Below are positions 1 through 14,840 of a stretch of DNA of 64,000 nt, in pieces. Source of the stretch: Octopus vulgaris (Eukaryota); assembly GCA_951406725.2 (NCBI GenBank), contig OX597815.1, forward strand, positions 206,646,001-206,710,000, read 5' to 3'. The notes below the pieces were generated by a model that searched no databases, was not told the DNA's origin, and saw only the letters and a list, made by a program, of their open reading frames with translations. The translations under genes and the position numbers were made by a program. Each line of letters starts with the position of its first letter. The first letter of the stretch is position 1.

Positions 1-1132
1 GTACACATGGTGTTCTATTAATTACATGTGAATAATCCTGGATATTGTTTAGCTTATAACTATGAGATTAATATTTTGTGTAAGTAGATATTTGTTGCGA
101 CCACATTTCTTTATAAAGCACAACAATGTAAACAGCGTTTTTAAGCCATTGACTGACGCGCTGAGTGTCATATAACACAAATAAAATAGATCTGGCGAAC
201 TAAGCTTATCTTAATCTTATTTCTCTTCTTATTTTCTTGCACACTCTAATTTAGAATATCGAACTGGTCATTGTATAACTGATATCAAATAATTCTTTTA
301 ACTGAACTGCACCTTTGACGAATTTCTTGTATCTTATCTGGAATCAAGTACAGTGTGTCAGAATCCATGTGTAAACTTTATGAAAGTTCCTAACAGTTCA
401 ATAATAAAGGATTTTCTTCCCCTTTTCTTCCTCTACATTTCCTTTGTTTTTTTTTCTATCTGAGTTCAAATTCTTGTATCATCCCTTTAGTGATCCTGGG
501 TGAAATACAAGTCTTCCCGTGGCAGCAAAGAAAACCCACCACCACCAAAACCCCCATCCAAAACAAAGGACAACAACAAAAAAGACCAATAAATTTTAAC
601 AATTTTTTGTGCCCGTAGAGGAATGATATTCCATAGATGTTTAAGCTCTCATAAACTGGAAGATAGCCAGAACTATGTAAGCTTATTTGTGCTTAATCTC
701 TCTGAGATTGACCATGAAATAAACTCCAGCAGGATGGGTTGTATTTCTAGACAGAGTATTTAAAGGCCTGGCAAGAACATCGAAAAGGGTTAAATGACTG
801 CAGCTCAAATTTATAAATTTTAAAAGAGCAGAGGCAATTGTAATAATGAATACTCAGGATACTTGAAAGGGCTGAATAATTTTGATGATACTTTTCGTTT
901 TCTTAGCTCAGTGTTTCCTATTTTGATGTTATGTTTTCAAACTTTTATTCGATTATTTTCTATTCCCATTCTCTGCTCCCATCAATGTTTGACCTCACCA
1001 TATACAAACATCCAAATTTCGATATTGTTTTAGACTATTAATAATTTAATCTAAATTGTAATAGTTACCAAAGGATGTTTAATCTGAGTAACAGCAGAAA
1101 AGTAACGAAACAATACTTGAAAGTAGACTTAC

Positions 1133-1442
1133 CTGAATATTGATAAGTGAAACCAAACTTTTTTTTCTGCTGATAATTTGTATGAGGTCTTATTATTCAT
1201 ATTAGCATCTAAAGGCGTTATGAGAAACGTAAAGACACATGAGTTCAACAAAACAGCACTCATCAACCAAAATGCTCCGCGCCAGCCATATGTATCCACG
1301 CTTAGAGTAATTAAAATAGGGAATGTCATTATTCCAACAGGAAATCCTATTGTGGAAATTGTGAGAGCCATTTTTAAGTTTGCGGGAAAAATTTGACTCA
1401 CGGCTACCAACGCAGAAACGTAGTTTAAGCTGCTGCCAAAAC
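1133..1442 (-). CDS. SLC16/monocarboxylate transporter-like MFS gene, coding exon 4 (TM4-TM6 and central loop); gene apparently continues beyond the window's left edge
   Basis: Acceptor ttttcttgatacccaatag|GT TTT GGC, donor TTC AG|gtaagt. Translation (G)FGSSLNYVSALVAVSQIF...YGWRGAFWLMSAVLLNSCVFTFLITP...WFHLSIFR contains the MCT-type YGWRG motif. Phase 1 in, phase 2 out. Confidence 0.9.
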
Positions 1443-1519
1443 CTATTGGGTATCAAGAAAACGTGAGATTTCTTGTTATAATGACATTGAATTAACATAC
1501 GATAATATAGAAAAATTAT

Positions 1520-1553
<34 letters not shown>

Positions 1554-1554
<1 letters not shown>

Positions 1555-2298
1555 AAGAAAACTTTTGATCAAAAAACAAATTGACCGACATCAGTTAATT
1601 ATTTTTTAATGCAAAACATAACTTTTCGTACGGCCGTTTCGGCTGCCAATGTCAGTCGGTGCTTACTTTCTTCTTTATTTACGTCTACGCCTGTAACGGT
1701 CTTAGCTTGCCCTTGGTTTAGATATAACTGACCAATTGTAGAGATGGTTGGGCTTTGGTCAATTCCATTGCGGAAAACAGGCGGCTGGTCTCTAAAATAT
1801 TTCAGTAAGTACGCCATTTACGGGTTTGTTTTTGGATAAATATTAAACTCTATTTACGAAATCATAAGCACTATTCTTTTTATAGACATATTGGCGATTC
1901 CTGTTTTACTTTCGCACTAGTTTTATTATACAACCTGGTACACATATAAAAAGAGGTAAACCACAAATTATTTCTCTAGTTCATTTGCTAGTTCACTCTT
2001 TTGCCTATCGACTTCCCACAGCAAAATGGTATGATTCTAATATATTGAGCCTTCTGGCTTCATCTCGAGGTCCTGTTCTTTCCTCTTCCATCTTTCCTTC
2101 TTTTATTCACTCTGATGGAGCTCCATGTATTAGATCGAATGTGCTATAAAGATGACGAATATTATTTTCGGAATTTTCTTTGTAGGCAACGACTGACATT
2201 GGCAGCCGAAACGGCCGTAAGAAATGCTTTGCTATGTTTTTATTAAAAAAATATTAGCTGATGTTGGTCAATTTGTTTGTTGATCAAAAGTTTTCTCC
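1554..2298. mobile_element. MITE-like foldback element with ~105-bp terminal inverted repeats
   Basis: agaaaacttttgatcaaaaaacaaattgaccgacatcag...tacggccgtttcggctgccaatgtcagtcg (about 1556-1659) is the reverse complement of about 2190-2296. No TSD recognised. Confidence 0.75.
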
Positions 2299-2474
2299 AT
2301 TTCTGCTTATTTAAATTTGATTCCTGATAAACTTTTGTTTATTCTGCTATCCCCTATACCCTATGGGCATAGGGTGCTTACATACCCATGCCAAGGGTTA
2401 ACATAGGTAAATAATACCGGTAGTAAGAACGGATATTCTTATCCCTTAGATGGTTATTCCAACCGCTAACTCTG

Positions 2475-2551
<77 letters not shown>

Positions 2552-3000
2552 GATACAGTTAAGAAAACAAGGAATGAATCTTGCACAACTTCAATATCAT
2601 TTACTATTGTTTACATAACGTCCGTTTCTAACGCCACACCAATCCAGCTAACTGATTTCATGTGCAAATTTAAGCAAAATCTGCGTTTGATTAGAAAATT
2701 ATAAAGAAATGCATGTAGCTATATACGCCCCCATTTACACATAAGCTAAAGAAAGCTCAATGCAAATTCGTAGTGATCCACAGAACAAATGATTAATTAA
2801 AAATAACTAGTTTCTCTGACCTTATAAGAGCTCGAATGAAGTAAGTCTCATTAGTGAGACGAAATAATATTCAACTGTTCAGGACTCTTCTGTTGGCTGT
2901 TACACACCATTTCATTAAACGTCCTTCAAAATTAGTAAAAATGCATAAAGCATAAAAGAGATACTACTATTATATTTATCTTGATTGTATTCAACGAGCA

Positions 3001-3372
<372 letters not shown>

Positions 3373-4849
3373 TCTGCGTGTATGTGCGTGCTCATGACAT
3401 AATTATATCAATTAAACACATAAAGCTATGTGTATCTTTACGTAGATTTCGACAGCAAATCCGATGTAATTGTTTCGCAGCTTTACTAGATAGAATATCA
3501 TGTTGTCTATTGCCTTCATTTTAAACTGTTCTTAAGGGAAGATAGATTTTGGAGAAAGTTTTTGTGATAAGAACATCTAGTTACAAAACACCCTGCAATT
3601 CGTTTTCCACATCAGTGTTAAAACATATTTATCCTGTTAAAGGGAAGTATCTGTTGATGGACACCTTTATGTGATTTATTGACTTGGATAAAAGAAATAC
3701 TACTATTATGTTCGACTATATATTTCTAAAAATACATCTGAGTTTCCATCACTGATGAGACAAACGAAGGTCGAAATCGCGTGAACAAGTGGTTTCTGCG
3801 CTAGAGTTGGTGGGGATCTATCTCGCTGCTAGCGATACAAACAAGTGTGCATTTTGCACAAAACCTATATGAGAGTTTCTCTCATGGTATCTGCTGCAAT
3901 AAAGTTTGTTCTAACAGAACACCCACGTTTAAGTGGGGTTAAATTTTACCTCACGGTATTAACACTGCTCCTGTCGCTAATATATACACTGAATGTTGTC
4001 TTCAGAATTGTTTTAGATTGAAACCCATGTCGTGAAAGCAAGATATCAAACTGTAAACTATTATAAAGTCTTATCTCTTTAAACCCACTTTACCATTTTT
4101 TTCACTTGTTCTTTAAATCAAGGCAAGACTAACGGCTCAGACGTGGGAAAATGTCCCTAAATTGAAGATGCTCTCACTCAGCGGGAATAAAACTCAGGCA
4201 AACCAAATATGGCATACATCAAGAACAAAGTTAGTTCTATCAAAAAACATAATATTCAAATTTCCACATTATCTATTCATGATCTAATTATAAATTCATA
4301 ATGGCTACCAGACGACTGACAAGGCAAACACACCCTTATTGTAGGTCAATTTTTCTACCAAACTATCAAAGATAATATGCTCCAACATGGAATGCCCACA
4401 GACTAAATGCTAAATCAAAGACATTGATGACGTTGGCCTAGACATTGATGACGTTGTGGTGTCGCTCATAGCCATGTGCAACTGTTGAAGCGTTTTTGAC
4501 CCCTGGGTAGTCGCATTCAAGTGTCCCTGGAAGATGAACGAATAAAGTCTATCTAATCACACTAAAACAACACATAGGCAAGTATCAAAGTAATACACAT
4601 GCAAAATATCAGCCTATTACATCAATTATTGTTGGAGATATAGTGAGTTAAATATTTCTGCTCCTTTTCAGAAATGACATTTCGAGAAAAGTGCAAAAAA
4701 CACTGGAAATGGTTGATTTTACAACATTGCTCAGCTGCACGAGGATAACATCTTAGATTTTAGTGAAATATTTGCAGTTTTGCACGGTCTAATAACGTCC
4801 AGAGGCCTATCCTTTGCTATTTTTCTGAGATTTTATTATCTGAGAGCGC

Positions 4850-5365
4850 TTATGTTTTGTTTTGTTCATGGATTTCTGTCCAGGCACATATGCTTTTTTT
4901 CATTCTCTGCTCATCAGCTTGCCTCAGTCCCTCTCTCAGATGATGGCCATGACTGAGACCTAAATTTTCTAACAGTGGTATCCTTGCAATTTCTCCTTGA
5001 TTGAAAACTATAATGGCGTCATTGACAGCTAACTGTAGGCGCAATCATCCGACAAATGTTGATTCAGGTCACAGTTCCCAAACTAAATTGTGGAATGATT
5101 CATTGTTATTTTGCGATCTTCTATGCAGGCGCTTATCCAAGAGTTTGTCCTCATATAAGACTACGGACACAGGTTTCATTCTATCCGGCACAAATTTTGG
5201 CAGGGAGTTTTTGTTTGGATCCCGTTTGTCATCCACCTTTTTCGCTGGACACCAGTTACCACAGTCACTATGGTCCTTGGACCTGTGCTTGAAAATTGAC
5301 CATGTGGCTGTCTTCATGGAGGATTTGTTATTAGGGTGGTTTCTGATGGCAGCTCCATAATGACC
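4850..5365 (-). mobile_element. Degenerate DNA transposase fragment, Kolobok-like (often annotated Mutator-like)
   Basis: YGAAIRNH...MKTATWSIFKH...HSDCGNWC...SQNNNESFHNLVW...LAVNDAIIVFNQG, with in-frame stops. Confidence 0.7.
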
Positions 5366-5601
5366 CTGTATAGGTAGGATGGCTGAGCCTATCCCTACCT
5401 CCAGTACCAGAATACTTTTTGTCATCATCACCGGTGAATGATTTCTCTCTATTTGCCTGTACTAGGTTCATCAGTCAACGCCCCATCCTCTTCTGCACAT
5501 GAGCGCAGCATTCATATTTCTCAGTTTTAATGTCCTTATAGATGGAAAGGTCAGCATTGGTAGGCTGAGACAATAGAGAACAGAATAGGAACTATTCTCT
5601 C

Positions 5602-6021
5602 AAGGCGGCGAGCTGGCAGAAACGTTAGCACGCCGGGCAAAATGCGTAGCCGTATTTCGTCTGCCGCTACGTTCTGAGTTCAAATTCCGCCGAGGTCGAC
5701 TTCGCCTTTCATCCTTTCGGGGTCGATAAATTAAGTACCAGCTACGCACTGGGGTCGATATAATCGACTTAATCCGTTTGTTTGTCCTTGTTTGTCCCCT
5801 CTGTGTTTAGCCCCTTGTGTGTAGTAAAGAAATAGGTATTTCGTTTGCCGCTACGTTCTGAGTTCAAATTCCGCCGAGGTCGACTTTGCTTTTCATCCTT
5901 TCCGGGTCGATTAAATAAGTACCAGTTACGCACTGGGGTCGATGTAATCGACTTAATCCGTTTGTCTGTCCTTGTTTTTCTTCTCTGTGTTTAGCCCCTT
6001 GTGGGTAGTAAAGAAATAGGT
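5602..6021 (+). mobile_element. tRNA-derived SINE family A (Meta/MESC-like central domain): one full copy plus a tandem partial copy
   Basis: Head aaggcggcgagctggcagaaacgttagc...gagttcaaattcc and core gcctttcatcctttcggggtcgataaattaagtacc, shared with more than 10 copies in the window. Confidence 0.85.
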
Positions 6022-6044
6022 ATTAATAGTAGATGCGGTAGTGG

Positions 6045-6094
<50 letters not shown>

Positions 6095-6168
6095 ATACTA
6101 CTACGACTACTACTACTACTACTACTACTAGCAGCAGCAGTAGTGGTAATAAAGACAGTGATACTAAC

Positions 6169-6312
6169 CTGTAACAATTCCCAGTGACGCCGCCAGATAA
6201 GGAGTTGTGTACGTAAACGTGCTCAATAGCGTGCCTAGAGAACTTAAGAGACTGCCTAGCAGGAGTGTAGCTCTTAGACCAATTTTATTGATGAACACAC
6301 CAACCACTGTAC
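6169..6312 (-). CDS. SLC16-like gene, coding exon 3 (not in the ORF track)
   Basis: ctctttacatag|GT ACA GTG...GTT ACA G|gttagt, 144 nt, phase 1-1. Translation GTVVGVFINKIGLRATLLLGSLLSSLGTLLSTFTYTTPYLAASLGIVTG matches the MFS motif A region and TM3-4 of MCTs and joins both neighbouring exons in frame. Confidence 0.9.
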
Positions 6313-6943
6313 CTATGTAAAGAGCAGACAGGAACATCATTAAAAATCACTTAATATTTAAGCTGTGCCTTTATTCTCATGTTAGCTTTTCGTGTTTCCT
6401 TATTTTTGTCTCACGTCACTTTAAGTATTTTTCCTTAAAGTCTCGCCCACGTTATCTCATTTTTTCCCTTAGAATAATTTTTTGATACTTCTCAATGTCC
6501 ATTCTATTTTCGTTTAATCCGCCCTTCTCTCTCATTCCTCTACACTCTTCCTCGCATCTACTTTGTAATATGTTTTAGATTACATTGATAAAGGTTGTTC
6601 AACGTTGTTTTTACTAACTAGAATAAGATTTTACTATTTCGGTTTCTATTTTGTAGTAATGCAACAAATAGGGATAAGTGAGGTATCTCAAGGCACTTCA
6701 CGATCCCTTTAACCGATGGAGTGTCATAATGTTTCGTGTAGTAATTAGATTTATAAATTAGATTGTCTAGAGAGACACCGATGCTATTTTAGTCACTCTA
6801 CTTAATAATGGCTTCAATCCATTTTATAAATTTTATATTAGCGTCAACATTGAAGCTTTGTGCTTTCGTATTTTTTGCTTTTACGAAGTGTCAACAACCA
6901 GCGCCGTATTACGTCACAGACACATGCAAATATGTGTGTGTAC

Positions 6944-7010
<67 letters not shown>

Positions 7011-7011
<1 letters not shown>

Positions 7012-7223
7012 ACTACCCACAAGGGGCTAAACACAGAGGGGACAAACAAGGACAGACAAGTGGATTAAGTTGATTACATCGACCCCAGTGCGTAACTGGT
7101 GCTTAATTTATCGACCCCGAAAGGATGAAAGGCAAAGTCGACCTCGGCGGAATTTGAACCCAGAACGTAACGGCAGACGAAATACGGCTACTCATTTCGC
7201 CCGGCGTGCTAACGTTTCTGCCA
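7011..7223 (-). mobile_element. SINE family A copy
   Basis: Reverse complement of the 5602 element. Confidence 0.85.
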
Positions 7224-7227
7224 TATG

Positions 7228-7308
<81 letters not shown>

Positions 7309-7319
7309 CATACATACAT

Positions 7320-7583
<264 letters not shown>

Positions 7584-7671
7584 TTATATTTAAAAAAAAA
7601 AAACATACAAATTTCCACACGAAAGCACGTAACTTCAACCGTGTCTTCTCTGATGTGAATTTGCTACTCAA

Positions 7672-7704
<33 letters not shown>

Positions 7705-7959
7705 ATAATGTGCATTTTAACACAGAGAAAACTGCCTTCAACAGGCATTTTTTACACGCCAGAAGAAGTAGTCAAAACGAACAAAAACCACTTTTAAGAG
7801 CAATCTTCAAAAGGAATGAAAAATAAAAACTTTTACCTTGTAATTTTAATCCGGTCAGAACTAGGTTCCAAAAAAGCGCAAAGATACACCCACACATAAG
7901 CGGAAACACAAACACAAACACACACACATATATATATATTTACACACACACACACACAC

Positions 7960-7994
<35 letters not shown>

Positions 7995-8276
7995 TACATG
8001 TAGAACTGGCTTCTGTCAGTTTCCGTCTTTCAAATCCTCACAAGGTTTTACTCAACCTGGGCTATAAAAGAAGACACTTAGCCAAGGTACCACACAGTGG
8101 GACTGAACCTGGAACCATGTGGTTGGGAACAAAGTTTTTTGCTACACAGCCGTGCTAACAACTATACGTATATATGTTTTGTGTAATACGTTCTGGGTTC
8201 TTAAACTTCATTTATATATTTTTAGTAAATGTAACTCTAAATTTTATACGTCGAAGTAATTATATATATATATATT

Positions 8277-8575
8277 GTTTGTTCCTTCTCGAGCCACGCC
8301 TGGCTCATTAGGGCCGGTTTCCCGGTTTCTTTGGCGTATAGGTTCCCCACCTGGACGGGACGCCGGTCCGTCGCAGGTGAGCTGCAAGATGCCGGAGGAA
8401 AGAGTGAGAGAAAGTTGTGGCGAAAGAGTCAGCAGACGTTCGCCATTACCTTCTGCCGGAGCCGCGTGGAGCTTAGGTGTTTCGCTCATAAACACACACA
8501 TCGCCCGGTCTGAGATTCGAACCGCCGATCCTTCGACCGCGAGTCCGCTGCTCTAACCACTAGGCCATGTGCTTT
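8277..8575 (-). mobile_element. tRNA-derived SINE family C
   Basis: Minus-strand head atggcctagtggttagagcagcggactcgcggtcgaaggatcggcggttcgaatc (A/B boxes); similar to the 50666 and 51985 copies. Confidence 0.8.
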
Positions 8576-8772
8576 CACACACACACACACTCAAACACAC
8601 ACACACACACACACACATACCCCCCCACACACACACATACATACACACACATATATATATAAGAGAAAAGAGATGACAAAGTAATAAATGATTATCATAT
8701 GAACTTCATTAGCTTACAACTGTTTCCGCTATAAGAAGCAATGGACTTTATATTTATTTATATACATATACA

Positions 8773-9140
8773 TAGGCGCAGGAGTAGCTGTGTGGTAAGT
8801 AGCTTGTTTACCAACCACATGGTTCCGGGTTCAGTCCCACTGCGTGGCACCTTGGGCAAGTGTCTTCTACTATAGCCTCGGGCCGACCAAAGCCTTGTGA
8901 GTGGATTTGGTAGACGGAAACTGAAAGAATCCCGTCGTATATATGTGTGTCTTTGTGTGTCTGTGTTTGTCCCCCCCCAACATCGCTTGACAACCGATGC
9001 TGGTGTGTTCGGCAAAAGAGACCGATAGAATAAGTACTGGGCTTACAAAGGATAAGTCCTGGGGGTCGATTTGTTCGACTAAAGGCGGTGCTCCAGCATG
9101 GCCACAGTCAAATGACTGAAACAAGTAAAAGAATAAAAGA
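8773..9140 (+). mobile_element. tRNA-derived SINE family B (CORE-like domain, LINE-derived tail)
   Basis: ggcgcaggagtagctgtgtggtaag...ggttcagtcccactgcgtggcaccttgggcaagtg...ggcggtgctccagcatggccacagtcaaatgactgaaac; about 10 copies in the window. Confidence 0.85.
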
Positions 9141-9387
9141 ATATGCACATTTATGTCTGTATGTTTGTACTGTCTTCTATAATATATTGAAAATTTTATG
9201 AAGATTCTTTGGGTACTCAGAGACACGTTATATTAGCCTGATACATCAGCTGAATCTATTTCAACTTCGAAAATAGCTTCTCTTAACCACAATCACAAAC
9301 ACGGTTAAAAAGCATGCTTTTAGTTTGAGATTTTTCCCCCCCACTTTTATACACATCCACATTTGCTTAGTTGTCAATTTGATTTTT

Positions 9388-9785
9388 GTTCTCTCTAGTT
9401 TCATCTCAGAGCTGCGGCCATGCTGATGCACCGCCGTTTTGTGCTTTCACTGTTATTACTTAGAGCCTCCTCTAATATGTGGCACTTGGTGAAGCATGGA
9501 GTTTGATATAGCTACCCTCATTTGCACCTCTTGCGGTGAGGTAGGTTCATCTGGGACTCTCGACCGGAAGAGGTCCAGCTTTGATTTAAAACCCCCTACA
9601 TCTGCTTTGTGCAAGTTCCTCAGACTCTTTGGGAGAATATTAAAAAGCTGTGGGGCCTTGAAACTCAGGCTGTTGCGGTAACTGGTCCTGAAGCGTGATG
9701 GCATTGCTGGGACCTTTGGCACTATGCAGTGTCGTCCCGTTCTGGCATTGGTGTAGCTTTCAATGCCAAAATTTGGCACAATTCC
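9388..9785 (-). mobile_element. 5'-truncated CR1/L2-group LINE (ORF2 C-terminus and 3' tail)
   Basis: ...NSLSFKAPQLFNILPKSLRN...FKSKLDLFRSRVPDEP...SNSMLHQ, followed by the tail ggcggtgcatcagcatggccgcagctctgagatgaaac. Confidence 0.8.
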
Positions 9786-9875
9786 TATCCCTATAAACTG
9801 TAGATATTATATGTTACAAAAAAACAAAAAACAAAACAAAGCACACTGCAGCAACCAGCATAGTAATTGACTGAC

Positions 9876-10105
9876 CAGCAACACTGATGACTCCGATACA
9901 GAGTGACAAAATCCATGTTATTTCCTTTCTGCCAACTTCATAATCATGCATCCACGGCTCATACATCACGCCCAGGGAATAAGGGAATCCGGTGGCGTTG
10001 TAAATAATGAAGAACGCACTGCAAATCACGATGACGCTTCGAACGGAAGTTAAATTCGTTATATAGCTGTTTGGCGGTATATCATGGCACTTGTTTATAT
10101 TCTCG
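9876..10105 (-). CDS. SLC16-like gene, coding exon 2 (TM1-TM2)
   Basis: ttttattatttcag|C GAG AAT...GTT GCT G|gtcagt, 230 nt, phase 2-1. Translation ENINKCH...VIVICSAFFIIYNATGFPYSLGVMYEPWMHDYEVGRKEITWILSLCIGVISVAG. Confidence 0.88.
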
Positions 10106-10122
10106 CTGAAATAATAAAAGAA

Positions 10123-10663
<541 letters not shown>

Positions 10664-10665
<2 letters not shown>

Positions 10666-11004
10666 AAAAACACTGAAAGAGCGTAAACCTCCGCCAAGGC
10701 AACACCAACGTTCTCTCAATGATTTTTAAAAATGAGAATATCTGAAATAAACTCGACTGCTCTCACAAACCAGAATACTAAAAACGAACCCGACCGCACT
10801 CAAAAAATAATCCAGGATCCTTGTGCGGTACCGGATCGATCGTAGAATCTAATCAGTTCATGCCAGTCACCAGGCTAAACATCCCTGAAATTTTCATTCG
10901 AATCCATCCAGCGGCTCTTGTCAACGGACAAGAAAAAAGAAAAAAAGAAAAAAAAAAGAACACGACTGGAAACAATACCCCCGCCTTCGCTAAGGCAGAG
11001 GTAA
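10664..11004. mobile_element. Helentron/DINE-1-like non-autonomous element (HINE)
   Basis: aaacactgaaagagcgtaaacctccgccaagg at one end and the palindrome tacccccgcctt-cgct-aaggcagaggta at the other. Confidence 0.6.
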
Positions 11005-11015
11005 TTATTACCATT

Positions 11016-11512
11016 ATGCCATCAAAGCGACACTGGGGTAAAATATACGAAGCCCAATATACCCATCATGACTACCCGTCTGATAATGGTACACCAGGCA
11101 TATGCATCACAACCATATGTGCACAGCATGGTGATCTCATATCAATATAAAGAGCGCATGACACGTCAGGGTGGGGTCCAGTTAGAATTTTCTTCAAGTC
11201 GAGTAGTCCATCCCGCTCAGAAGGTCCCTGAATAAGGGTTGTTTAAGGATGTTGAACGTAACAGCTATGTTTCTAGAGGTGAATTATCCAAACCCCAAAG
11301 AATTCCTCTCAACACATGGCTATGATGATCCACAGTTACTTCTGCTCGTGATCAGAGATGCATATCTCATTAGCCACTAACGGACGTGCTCAACTGGCTA
11401 AGGTCAACTGGCATTGAGCAGAATATTTGCTGTAGCCCATTTTCTATACCAAGACAAAATAATGTCCATAACACTTCCAGTCAGTTATGGTCAGAAGCCA
11501 TATAATTATTAC

Positions 11513-11543
<31 letters not shown>

Positions 11544-12035
11544 GAGTGAGAGAGCAGTGCATGCCATCAAAGTGACACTGGGGTAAAATATACGAAGCCC
11601 AGTATACCCATCATGACTACCCGTCTGATAAGGGTACACTAGGCACATGCATCACAACCATATGTGCGCGACATGGTGATCTCATCTCAAGATAAACAGC
11701 ACATGACCTTGAAGGTGGGGCCCAGTTAGAATTTTCTTCTGGTAGAGTAACCCATCCCGCTCAAAAGGTCCTTGAATAAGGATTGTTTAAGGATGTTGAA
11801 AGAATCACCCATGTTTCTAGAGGTGAATTATCCAAACCCTAAAGAATCCCTCTCAACACATGGCTATGATGCTCCCCCACTACTTCTGTTCGTGATCAGA
11901 GATGCACATATCGTCAGCCACTAAGGGACAAGCTCAACTGGTTTTTATACCAAGACAAAACAATGTACATGATAACACTTCCAATCAGTTAAGATCAGAA
12001 GCCATGAGAGCCACTGCCTGGTACTGCATCAGGGC

Positions 12036-12039
<4 letters not shown>
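11016..12039. mobile_element. Two tandem copies (11016-11501, 11544-12039) of a ~490-bp non-coding repeat bounded by (ATT)n
   Basis: Collinear similarity from atgccatcaaag(c/t)gacactggggtaaaatatacgaagccc to tcagaagccat; ATT repeats at the junctions. Confidence 0.75.
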
Positions 12040-12096
<57 letters not shown>

Positions 12097-13350
12097 GGAG
12101 AGTCACGGCTGACATGATTTTTGCTCTCCAACAAGTTCAAGAAAAAGCACGTGAACAGAATCGTACATGGGCTTTGTCAACTTGATCAAGGCCCTTGATA
12201 CAGTGAATCGTGAGACATTTTGGGAAAATTTTGGCAAAAGTTGGTCTCCCTGATAAAAATGATAATGGTAACAGCATCCCGGCATAAACGAATGATGACA
12301 ACAGTGATATCCAGTTAGTCAATGTCCAGACGCATTTTCTGTTGCCACTGGAACCAAACGAAGCTGTGTTTTAGACCCGATACTTTTGTCCATATTCTTT
12401 TCAATGATGCTTCAACAGGCTTTCCAGGATTACTATGAAGGTGTAAAATTTCAGTTTCGCACTGAAGGAAGTCTACTAAACCTGAAAGGGCAAAGTTTCA
12501 GATGAAAAAACAAAAAAAAAAAACAAAAAAAGAAAAACACCAAATAAGAGATTCTACGTGACTTTCTCTTTGCTGATGATTGTGCTCTTATTACTCATTT
12601 GAAGGAATTCAGGATACGGTCGGCAGGTTTGCTGCGACAGCTCGGGCATTTGGACTGATTATCCGCATTAAGAAGCCTGAAGTTTTATTCCAACCAACGC
12701 CTGAGGCAGAGCCTGCTCAAGTTTTAAACGTGATGATAGACGTCAAGCCACTCAACTGGGTCTGGTCATTTAAATATCTTGAAAGTACAGTAACCTTTAA
12801 GAGTACTTTTGATGACGAAATCAATGTTAAAATATCTAAGGCTAAAAATGCTTCTGGAAACCTTTTGTATGGGGCAGAAGCATGGACTCCCTACTACAGA
12901 CGTATAAAGAAACTTGAAACATTTCACACGCGCTAAGACTACAAATGGTTTTGGAAAACTTACTCATCGTTTATGGGATGAACGCAGTGTCAGTTTGAAA
13001 ACTAAAATAAATTATACAAATTTAGTATTTTGATCATACTTTTGTATGGGAAGAAGCGTGGACTTCCTACAACAGACATATAAAGAAATTTGAAACCTTC
13101 CACATGTGTAATATCTGCACAATATATGCAACATAAAATAGTAAGATAAGGTACCAAATATAAAAAATCTTAGAAGCATGTGATGTTTTTAGTATCCAAA
13201 GCATTCTGCTGAGAATTCAGTGGAGATGTGTAGGACATGTTGTTCAAATGAGAGATAACCGCATTCCATAGATTCTTTTGTATGACCAACAAGTGAAGAG
13301 ATACCGTGGTAAAGGAAGATCTGTCCTTAGGTATAAGGATAAGTTGAAGC
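12097..13350 (+). mobile_element. Degenerate RTE-clade LINE reverse transcriptase
   Basis: TADMIFALQQVQEKAREQN, KALDTVNRE, DFLFADDCAL, FKYL, LYGAEAWT across frameshifts; internal duplication of the LYG-E-W segment (about 12861-12932 and 13038-13108). Confidence 0.85.
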
Positions 13351-13641
13351 AATCAGCGGGGTCGATGTAATAGACTCACCTCTTTCCCCGAAAATCAGGT
13401 CTTCTGTCTATAATAGATGAGAGGATGGTGGGCTGGCGGAATCGTTACCGCAGCCGGGCAAAATGCTTACCAGCATTTCGTACATCTTTACGTTCTGCGT
13501 TCAAATTACGCTAAGGTCGACTTTGCATTCAACCTTTCGGAGTCGATAAAATAAGTAATAAGTATCAATTGAGCACTGGGATCAATGAGATTGATTTAAT
13601 CTTCTCACAAGATTTCAGGACTTGTATCTATTATAGAAAGG

Positions 13642-14205
<564 letters not shown>

Positions 14206-14465
14206 TTATTATTATTATTATTAAGTTGAGCTTTCTGGCTTTGCGCCTTGAGGCGGCAATTTCTTGTTTCGCTTTTTCTCTCTGCGTTAGTCTTTGCTGA
14301 TTTTGGGTGCCTATTGTAGTAGGCTCTACAGCTATTGCTTCTGTTATTGATTCTGATAATCTGCTTATTGCTGTTGTTACTGCTGTTGCTACTGCTACTG
14401 CCATGTCTCCTGCTGCTGATATTACAGTTGTTGCTGTAGCTATTGGTGTTAATATTTTGGTTCCG

Positions 14466-14645
14466 AAGGCGGTGAGCTGGCAGAATCGTTAGCACGCCGG
14501 ACAAAATGCTTGGCGTCATTTCGCCTGCCTTTAAAAGTTCTGAGTTCAAGTTTCGCCGAGGTCGACTTTTCCTCCATTCTTTCATCCTTTTGGGGGTCGA
14601 CGCACAGGGCCAAATTTAAGGCCTTGTGCCTATAACAGAAAGGGA
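14466..14645 (+). mobile_element. SINE family A, diverged copy (another at about 13430-13640)
   Basis: aaggcggtgagctggcagaatcgttagc...gagttcaagtttcgccgaggtcgac. Confidence 0.7.
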
Positions 14646-14807
14646 TTAATTTTTGTTCACCGCTTATAAAAGGGAAAAAAGTATATCCTCCACTGTGTAT
14701 ATTTCGTTATTACCGGTGAGTCTACAAGAGCAGCTTAAGATCTTATTACGAAACCTCACTCACTCACTCTTTCTTTCTTTCTTGCTTTCTCTTTCTCTCT
14801 CTCCATT

Positions 14808-14840
<33 letters not shown>

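Noticed and set aside
2815-2870. gtctca-ttag-tgagac-GAAA hammerhead-like stem
   Set aside because: No CUGANGA box at the required position.
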